Shown here in pieces: positions 57,785 to 64,000 of a stretch of DNA of 64,000 bases. Under the pieces are notes generated by a model. That model did no database searches. It was not told the DNA's origin and saw only the letters and a list, made by a program, of their open reading frames with translations. Location: assembly GCA_016198905.1 (NCBI GenBank), contig JACQHR010000002.1:1418-65417 (forward strand), given 5' to 3'. The translations under genes and the position numbers were made by a program. Every line of letters begins with the position of its first letter. Position 1 is the stretch's first letter. Origin of the DNA: Candidatus Omnitrophota bacterium (lineage in GTDB: Bacteria; Omnitrophota; Gorgyraeia; Aquiviventales; Aquiviventaceae).

Positions 57785-58672
57785 ATGTTTTCGGGACTCA
57801 AGACTCAAGACGCAAGACTCGAGACTGAAGGTCGCAACATTCGCCATGAGTCTTGCGTCTTGAGTCTTGGGTCGCTCTTTTGTGTTACAGCGCTGCTCGT
57901 GTGGCTCATTGCGCCGCGCAGCGTCTGGGCCGCTGAGCCGCCAGTACGGATCTGGCTGCCCGAGGGGATTACGACGACCTCGCCCGCCATCGATCACCTC
58001 TTCTACTTGATCCTGTGGATTACAGGAGGCGTGTTCTTTCTCGTCCAAGCGACGCTCCTCATCTTTCTCGTGCGGTATCGCCAACGCCCTGGGCGCGTCG
58101 CGGCCTACACGCACGGCAGCTCGCTCGCGGAGATCATCTGGACGGTGATCCCGGCGATCATTCTCGTGTTCCTGGCATTTCGCAGCCAGCATGTGTGGTC
58201 GTCCGTGCGCGGCACGCCGCCGCCTGAAGACCTGCGCATCGAAGTGACCGCGCAGCAATTCGCCTGGAACATCCACTATCCCGGACCGGATCAGCTCTTG
58301 GGACGCACAGATCCCACACTGGTCGACGAAGCGACGAATCCGATTGGACTCGATCATCAGGATCCGCACGCGGCGGATGATCTGGTGACCGTTAACCAGT
58401 TGCACCTGCCCGTCGACAAAATAGTGCTGATCAACCTGAGATCCAAGGACGTGATCCACAGTTTCTTCGTGCCGCAATTCCGCATGAAGTTGGACGCGGT
58501 GCCCGGCCTGACCGGCCACCTGTGGGTCAAGGCGACGAAGAGCGGCGCCTACGAAATCGTGTGCGCGGAGCTCTGCGGCTTGGGGCACTATCGGATGCGG
58601 GGATTCCTGGTCGTGGAACCCGACGCAGCCTTTCAGGCGTGGTGGACGCAGATGGTCAAGGAGCAAGGATAA
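57785..58672 (+). CDS. coxB: Cytochrome c oxidase subunit II (CuA). Start uncertain because of the upstream hairpin.
   Basis: Signal peptide, two TM helices, and the CuA motif H...CAELCGLGHYRM. Confidence 0.8.
   Translation: MFSGLKTQDARLETEGRNIRHESCVLSLGSLFCVTALLVWLIAPRSVWAAEPPVRIWLPEGITTTSPAIDHLFYLILWITGGVFFLVQATLLIFLVRYRQRPGRVAAYTHGSSLAEIIWTVIPAIILVFLAFRSQHVWSSVRGTPPPEDLRIEVTAQQFAWNIHYPGPDQLLGRTDPTLVDEATNPIGLDHQDPHAADDLVTVNQLHLPVDKIVLINLRSKDVIHSFFVPQFRMKLDAVPGLTGHLWVKATKSGAYEIVCAELCGLGHYRMRGFLVVEPDAAFQAWWTQMVKEQG
57799..57880 (+). terminator. Perfect 22-bp inverted-repeat hairpin plus T-tract (terminator or attenuator) at the 5' end of the predicted coxB ORF
   Basis: CAAGACTCAAGACGCAAGACTC (57799-57820), a 27-nt loop, GAGTCTTGCGTCTTGAGTCTTG (57848-57869), then GGGTCGCTCTTTTGTGTT. 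Confidence 0.4.
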
Positions 58673-60565
58673 ATGGACGCGCACGCACACGCGTCAGATC
58701 CCGCACGGCAGATGCGCGCGGTCGTCGGCAGCCAACTCATCTTTCTGACGCTCTTCCTGCTGCCGCTGCTGGGACTGCTGTTTCCCGCGCATCTCTCGAA
58801 GATCGTCATCGGGGACGGTCTGCTGCTGGGGATCGTCGCCGTCCTCTTGCGCACACGCTTGTTCTCAACCGACCACAAGGTGATCGGCGTGCAGTTTCTC
58901 ATCACCAGCCTCGTCATGCTCTTCATCGGGGGCTCGCTGGCGATGCTGATCCGTCTGCAGCTGGGCTGGCCGCAACACGTGAAATACGCGCAGGGCTGGC
59001 CGCATCAGGCGTTTCTCGTCCTCGAGAAGATCCTTCCGGGAGGTTTTCCGAGCGGCGGGGGCATCATGGATGCCGGGTTCTACAACATGCTCTTTACGAT
59101 GCACGGCTCCATCATGATTTTCTTCGCGATCATCCCCTTGCTCGTCGGAGTGTTCGGCAACTATCTCATCCCGCTCAAAATCGGCGCCGGCGACATGGCG
59201 TTTCCGAAGCTCAACGCGATTTCGTATTGGCTCATGCCCCCCGCGATTGCGATTGTCTGCGCCGGCTTCTTCATGCAGTCGGGGGCGGCGGCGGCCGGGT
59301 GGACCGCGTATGCGCCGCTCTCCACAACGCTCGGACCCGGGCAGGTCTGTTGGATCGTGGGCGTCATCGTCCTGGGGGTGTCCTCCATCATGGGGGCGGT
59401 CAACTACCTGACGACGATCATTAATCTTCGAGCGCCTGGCATGTCTTTCTTTCGTCTGCCATTGGCCATTTGGGCGCTGTTCATTACGGCGGTGATGGTC
59501 TTGCTGGCAACACCAGTCCTTGCCTCGGCATTGATCCTCCTCCTGCTGGATACGACGCTGCACACGAGCTTTTTCCTGCCAGCCGGGATGGTGATCGATG
59601 GGGTCGCACAGGCGCACAGCGGCGGACAGGTCCTCTTGTGGCAGCACCTGTTCTGGTTCTACTCGCATCCGGCGGTGTACATCATGATTCTACCGGCGAT
59701 GGGGATCGCCTCGGAAATCCTGCCGGTCTTTGCGCGCAAGCCGCTCTTTGGCTATCGCTCGATGGTCTACGCGATCATGGGCATCGCGGGCCTGGGGTTT
59801 CTCGTCTGGGCGCACCACATGTTCGCCAGCGGCATGAACCCAACACTCGGCACGAGCTTTATGGCCTCGACGATGGTGATCGCGCTGCCCTCGGCGATCA
59901 AGACCTTCAACTGGCTGGGGACGTTGTGGCGCGGCTCGATTCGGCTCACGACGCCGATGCTGCATGCGCTGGCCTTCGTCTCGATGTTCGTCATCGGCGG
60001 CTTGACCGGCATCTTCGCGGCCGCCTCACCGGTGGATCTCTACCTCCACGATACCTACTTCATCGTGGGCCACCTGCACTATGTGCTCTTTGGCGGCAGC
60101 CTCTTCGGGATTTTTGCGGGCATCACGTTCTGGTTTCCCAAGATGTTCGGGCGGATGTTGAACGAGACGCTCGGCAAAATCCACTGGGCGCTGACGCTGA
60201 TCTTCTTTAACGCCGTCATGTTTCCGATGTTCATCCTCGGCATCGCCGGCATGCCGCGGCGCATCTACGACTACACCAGTTACGCGCACCTGGCGCACGT
60301 CGGTGGGCTGAATCGCATGATGAGCCTCGCCGCGTTCTGTCTCGGGGCGGCACAGTTCATTTTCATCGTCAATTTCTTCTGGAATTTGTGCTTCGGCAAG
60401 AAAGCCGAGGACAATCCGTGGCAGGCAAACACCCTGGAGTGGGCGACGACTTCGCCTCCTCCGCATGGCAACTTCCCCACACCGCTTACGGTTTACCACG
60501 GCCCCTACGAATACAGCGTGCCCGGTCGCACAGACGACTGGCTGCCGCAACACATGAAAGCATAA
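58673..60565 (+). CDS. coxA: Cytochrome c oxidase subunit I (heme-copper oxidase catalytic subunit)
   Basis: Twelve TM helices with conserved His ligands (WFYSHPAVYIM, GHLHYVLFGG) and HHMF. The start lies immediately after the coxB stop. Confidence 0.9.
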   Translation: MDAHAHASDPARQMRAVVGSQLIFLTLFLLPLLGLLFPAHLSKIVIGDGLLLGIVAVLLRTRLFSTDHKVIGVQFLITSLVMLFIGGSLAMLIRLQLGWPQHVKYAQGWPHQAFLVLEKILPGGFPSGGGIMDAGFYNMLFTMHGSIMIFFAIIPLLVGVFGNYLIPLKIGAGDMAFPKLNAISYWLMPPAIAIVCAGFFMQSGAAAAGWTAYAPLSTTLGPGQVCWIVGVIVLGVSSIMGAVNYLTTIINLRAPGMSFFRLPLAIWALFITAVMVLLATPVLASALILLLLDTTLHTSFFLPAGMVIDGVAQAHSGGQVLLWQHLFWFYSHPAVYIMILPAMGIASEILPVFARKPLFGYRSMVYAIMGIAGLGFLVWAHHMFASGMNPTLGTSFMASTMVIALPSAIKTFNWLGTLWRGSIRLTTPMLHALAFVSMFVIGGLTGIFAAASPVDLYLHDTYFIVGHLHYVLFGGSLFGIFAGITFWFPKMFGRMLNETLGKIHWALTLIFFNAVMFPMFILGIAGMPRRIYDYTSYAHLAHVGGLNRMMSLAAFCLGAAQFIFIVNFFWNLCFGKKAEDNPWQANTLEWATTSPPPHGNFPTPLTVYHGPYEYSVPGRTDDWLPQHMKA

Positions 60566-60652
60566 GTCAGGGGCGCGGGGCAAGAGACGCGGGGCGGGGG
60601 AGTCCCCACCCCAACGGCATGACCCCCCACATCCCGACTGATCGAACGTAAG

Positions 60653-62410
60653 ATGCGTTCTCAACGATTACTTCATCGCTACGCCATCGTCACCGCCATC
60701 GCAACGTTCCTGCTCCTCATCGCAGGCAGCCTCGTGACGTCGACGGATTCCGGCCTTGCGGTGCCGGATTGGCCGTTCTCGTACGGCATGCTGTTTCCGC
60801 CGATGGTGGGCGGGATTTTCTATGAGCACGGCCATCGGATGATCGCCGGCGTCGTGGCCTTGCTCATCCTGGGGCTGGCGATCTGGACAGGACGCACCGA
60901 GTCTCGAGGGTGGGTCCGCCGGCTCAGTTACGCGGCACTTGGGGGTGTCCTGCTGCAAGCACTGCTGGGCGGGTTGACCGTCCTTTTGCTCCTGCCGCCG
61001 CAGATGTCCATCGCGCACGCGTGTGTGGGCCCGACGGTGTTCTGTCTCGTGGTCTGCCTCGCGCATGCGACGGCGCCGACATGGATTGAGACGCCGGCGC
61101 CGCTTGAACCTCGCGGGATGCCCTTCGTGCGCATCATTGGTCTTTTGACTATCGTGGCGGTGGCGGTGCAGTTCCTCTTGGGCGCGGTGATTCGGCATAC
61201 GGGGTACGGTGTCTCTGCGCATTTCGCAGGCGCAGTGACGGTGTGCCTCATAGCTGGATGGCTCGCGGCGCGAGTGGCCCCATTACGCGCGAGCGCGCCT
61301 CTGATCTGGCGACAGATGCTTCGGCTGCTGGCGCTGCTGGCCGTCCAAGTGTTCTTGGGGGTGTCAGTCTGGATGCATCGCGGGGCTGTGCCGCTTCGCA
61401 CGGGACATGTTGCGGTCGGGGCGCTCGTCCTGGCGCAATCGGTCATCCTCGCGTGGGAGATGGCTCAGCGGTCGAGGGTTGCGCGCGCGGACGCGACATC
61501 ACCAGCAAGCCCCGCATCAGGTGCCGCGCCATCCGCGCACGGATCGCTTCGCGCCGTCATCGTGGACTACCTCGAGCTGACGAAGCCAAGGCTCAGCGGC
61601 CTCGTGCTCATGACCACGGCCGTCGGATTTTGGCTGGGCGTGCCCGCCTCGAGTCGGGTCACGGCGTTCGCACCGCTCTTGATTGGCACCTGGATGGTCG
61701 TGGCCGGCGCCAATGCGTTCAATCAATGGATGGAACGCTCCTATGATGCGCTGATGCGTCGCACGCAGGATCGTCCGCTGCCGGCAGGGCGCCTGACGCC
61801 GGAGGCGGCGTTTCGTTTTGCCCTCATCCTATCCGTGGCAGGCTTGGCCTGTTTGATGTGGGCGGTGAATGCGTTGGCCGCTATCCTCGCGGCGATCGGC
61901 TGGGCCAGCTACGTGCTCCTCTACACGCCGCTCAAGCGCCGAAGCCCGTTGTGCACGCTGGTAGGCGCGGTGCCTGGAGCGCTGCCGCCGATGATCGGCT
62001 GGGCCGGGGCGCGCGGAACGCTCAATGCCGATGCGTGGCTGCTTTTTGCCATCCTCTTTATCTGGCAGCTACCGCACTTCCTTGCGTTGGTCATCCTGTA
62101 TCAAGAGGATTACGCGCGCGCAGGATTTCGCATGCTGCCGCTCGTGGACTCGGGTGAGATGGCGACCGCGCGGCAAACGGCACTCTATGGGCTGGCCCTG
62201 CTGCCCATCAGTCTCTTTCCGACGCTGATGGGCGTTGCGGGGCGCGCGTATTTCGTCGGTGCGACGATCCTCGGCTGCGGGTTTCTGCTCGTCGCATTGC
62301 GAGCCGCGTGGCTGCGGTCGCTGCCCACGTGTCGGCGACTCTTTCGCGCCTCGGTCGTGTATCTGCCGGCGCTGCTGGTGCTGTTGGCGATTGATCGTGT
62401 GCCCCGATGA
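60653..62410 (+). CDS. Fused heme A synthase (CtaA/COX15) and protoheme IX farnesyltransferase (CtaB/CyoE)
   Basis: N-terminal CtaA-like (PDWPFSYGMLFP...EHGHRMIAG). C-terminal UbiA-family prenyltransferase (LELTKPRLSGLVL...NAFNQWMERSYDALMRRT). Confidence 0.85.
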   Translation: MRSQRLLHRYAIVTAIATFLLLIAGSLVTSTDSGLAVPDWPFSYGMLFPPMVGGIFYEHGHRMIAGVVALLILGLAIWTGRTESRGWVRRLSYAALGGVLLQALLGGLTVLLLLPPQMSIAHACVGPTVFCLVVCLAHATAPTWIETPAPLEPRGMPFVRIIGLLTIVAVAVQFLLGAVIRHTGYGVSAHFAGAVTVCLIAGWLAARVAPLRASAPLIWRQMLRLLALLAVQVFLGVSVWMHRGAVPLRTGHVAVGALVLAQSVILAWEMAQRSRVARADATSPASPASGAAPSAHGSLRAVIVDYLELTKPRLSGLVLMTTAVGFWLGVPASSRVTAFAPLLIGTWMVVAGANAFNQWMERSYDALMRRTQDRPLPAGRLTPEAAFRFALILSVAGLACLMWAVNALAAILAAIGWASYVLLYTPLKRRSPLCTLVGAVPGALPPMIGWAGARGTLNADAWLLFAILFIWQLPHFLALVILYQEDYARAGFRMLPLVDSGEMATARQTALYGLALLPISLFPTLMGVAGRAYFVGATILGCGFLLVALRAAWLRSLPTCRRLFRASVVYLPALLVLLAIDRVPR

Positions 62411-63036
62411 CGTCGACGGACGCGACGCGCCGGTATTTCAGTCTGGCGGGGGCGGTGGCCATCATGCTGACCGGCACCGCGCTCTGGATGGCGTATCGCG
62501 TCACCCCGCCGCCGCGCTCCGCACCGGCCTTGCACGATTATGGAGTCGTTCCCGCGTTTGCCTTGGTGGATAGCCGGCGCCAGCCGGTGACCCGCGAACG
62601 TTTGTCGGGATCGGTGTGGGTCGCCGACTTTATCTTCACGCGGTGCGCCGGCCAATGCCCCATAATGCATACGCAGATGGCGACGGTCTCCGACGCGTTT
62701 CGTCACGCGCCCGACGTGCGCTTCATCTCGTTCACCGTCGATCCGGCCCACGACACGCCGGAGGTGTTGGCCGTCTACGCCAGCCGGTATCGCGCGCAGG
62801 CGCGTCGCTGGCAGTTCGTGACCGGCGACCCTTCAGCGGTGCTCGCGCTGGCGCAGCAGGGGTTTCATCTTGGTGTCGTGCCGGAAGGGTCTGAACAGGA
62901 GCCAATCACGCACAGCGCGCGCCTCGTGCTGGTCGATCGCGCGAGCCACATCCGAGGCTACTACGATGCGACCGATCCCGAGGCGGTGCGCCGGCTTCAA
63001 GCGGATATCCGGCGCCTGCTGCAGGAGCGATCGTGA
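62407..63036 (+). CDS. SCO1/SenC family copper chaperone
   Basis: TM anchor, thioredoxin-like fold with CAGQCP (CxxxC) and a downstream His. Confidence 0.85.
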   Translation: MTSTDATRRYFSLAGAVAIMLTGTALWMAYRVTPPPRSAPALHDYGVVPAFALVDSRRQPVTRERLSGSVWVADFIFTRCAGQCPIMHTQMATVSDAFRHAPDVRFISFTVDPAHDTPEVLAVYASRYRAQARRWQFVTGDPSAVLALAQQGFHLGVVPEGSEQEPITHSARLVLVDRASHIRGYYDATDPEAVRRLQADIRRLLQERS

Positions 63037-63449
63037 TGGCGCTGGCCGTTGGTCCTTCGCTGAACGCGGTCCTCAATGCGACGAGTGCGATCTTGCTCAT
63101 GGCGGGAGCGCTGTGCATCAAAGCCGGGCGCATCGGTGCGCACAGAGCCTGCATGCTCGCGGCCTGCGCAACCTCGACGCTGTTTCTCATCTCGTATGTG
63201 GCCTACCACGCGCAGGCGGGGTCGGTCCACTTTCGCGGCACCGGGTGGACCCGGCCCGCCTACTTCACCATCCTCATCAGCCATACGATATTGGCCGTGG
63301 TCATTGTCCCGCTGGCGGCGCGCACCCTGTTCTTGGCCGCGCGCGAACGGTTCGCCGATCATCGGGCGATGGCGCGCTGGACGCTTCCGGTGTGGCTCTA
63401 TGTGTCCGTGACCGGCGTCGTTGTGTACCTCATGCTGTATCGCCTTTAG
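63033..63449 (+). CDS. DUF420-family membrane protein (cox-cluster associated)
   Basis: Four TM helices. It overlaps the SCO1 stop. Typical synteny with ctaA/ctaB/sco. Confidence 0.7.
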   Translation: MMALAVGPSLNAVLNATSAILLMAGALCIKAGRIGAHRACMLAACATSTLFLISYVAYHAQAGSVHFRGTGWTRPAYFTILISHTILAVVIVPLAARTLFLAARERFADHRAMARWTLPVWLYVSVTGVVVYLMLYRL

Positions 63450-63461
63450 TGGCCGCATGAC

Positions 63462-63806
63462 ATGACAACTCCACGCCCACTACAACCGATAGCTCAGCAC
63501 AAGCACATCTTGGTTCGTATAACGTGGCCGCGTGGCCGCGTGGCCGCGATGTGCCTGGCGACCGCCGTCTCTATGTTGGCGCTTGCCGCCACCGCTCACG
63601 CGTGTCCTGCGTGCAAAGAGTCACTCTTCGACCCCGGCCAGCTACCTCAAAAACTGGCGACCGCGCGCGCCTACGCGCTCAGCATCGGTGTCATGCTGGC
63701 GGTTCCGGCGTGCCTCGTCGGCGGCATTACGACGTTGATCATCCGCAGCATCCGTCGGGCCCGGCGCGCGGCCGGTGCGGCCGCATCGCACTCACCGACG
63801 CCGTAA
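63462..63806 (+). CDS. Small membrane protein with a CPAC motif (hypothetical)
   Basis: TM-CPACKESLF-TM architecture. Possible metal or thiol function. Confidence 0.35.
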   Translation: MTTPRPLQPIAQHKHILVRITWPRGRVAAMCLATAVSMLALAATAHACPACKESLFDPGQLPQKLATARAYALSIGVMLAVPACLVGGITTLIIRSIRRARRAAGAAASHSPTP

Positions 63807-63895
63807 GCAGGGTGCTGCGCTGTTGACACCTCGATACTTTGGGGTTAGACTGCACCACAGATCGCCACACACTTACTCACCAGGGAGGTCATGAG

Positions 63896-63999
63896 ATGAA
63901 ACGAGCGAGTTGGGTTGTTGTAGGCGCCGTCATCTTCGTTGTTGCACAACCAGCATGGGCCGCGCGACTGGTCATTCACGACATGGCCGAATCCCCCCA
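63896..63999 (+). CDS. Hypothetical secreted protein (3' partial)
   Basis: RBS GGGAGG. Signal-peptide-like start MKRASWVVVGAVIFVVAQPAWA. Truncated by the window end. Confidence 0.3.
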   Translation, partial: MKRASWVVVGAVIFVVAQPAWAARLVIHDMAESP

Positions 64000-64000
64000 G

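Noticed and set aside
57140-58690. 516-aa minus-strand ORF antisense to the cupredoxin/coxB region
   Set aside because: coxB CuA motifs are on the plus strand. This is an antisense artefact.
58865-60664. Several minus-strand ORFs antisense to coxA
   Set aside because: coxA is unmistakable. The minus ORFs are His/Arg/Asp-rich and arise from reverse-complemented hydrophobic codons.

Overview
This is a high-GC (~65-67%) bacterial chromosomal segment. Almost all real genes lie on the + strand; the long minus-strand ORFs are mostly antisense artefacts of the GC content. Reading left to right, the window contains:
(1) a partial bifunctional aldolase/short-chain dehydrogenase gene and a transglutaminase-like gene;
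(2) a tightly overlapping 5-gene operon of fused 2-oxoacid:ferredoxin oxidoreductase subunits (gamma-delta, alpha-beta), an NfnA-like flavoprotein and two tandem GltD/NfnB-like iron-sulfur flavoproteins;
(3) a DUF1059-like small protein, cspA with a clear sigma70 promoter and terminator, and a minus-strand ABC-F ATPase;
(4) an envelope/stress cluster of periplasmic paralogs, a repeat protein, a YmgE/GlsB-type membrane protein, lipoproteins, a YheT-like hydrolase, an acyltransferase and an MFS transporter;
(5) a HI0933-type flavoprotein, infA and an OmpR/HK two-component pair;
(6) two diverged copies of a ~290-bp MITE-like element with TA-flanked 21-bp terminal inverted repeats, one of which sits immediately upstream of a glycine-zipper lipoprotein gene, plus a solo TIR copy;
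(7) three copies of an ECF-promoter-like motif (GTAAYC-N15/16-CGTTAC) upstream of envelope genes;
(8) a translationally coupled trehalose operon: OtsA with an N-terminal membrane sensor-like extension, OtsB, a DUF5752-like gene and a TreT-like GT4;
(9) metH, an RlmI-like methyltransferase, pgl and msrB;
(10) a signalling cluster of an HTH gene, histidine kinases and CheY-type receivers, plus a pseudopilin-like gene;
(11) a sharply AT-rich islet carrying a sigma70 promoter and an AbiEi/AbiEii-like nucleotidyltransferase pair, convergent with an orphan CpaF/TadA-family ATPase and sharing a terminator hairpin;
(12) a porin, ZnuA and ZnuB metal-uptake set with no ATPase gene;
(13) a heme-copper oxidase cluster: diheme cytochrome c, cupredoxin lipoprotein, coxB, coxA, a fused ctaA-ctaB, SCO1 and DUF420.
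No rRNA, tRNA or CRISPR array was recognised.
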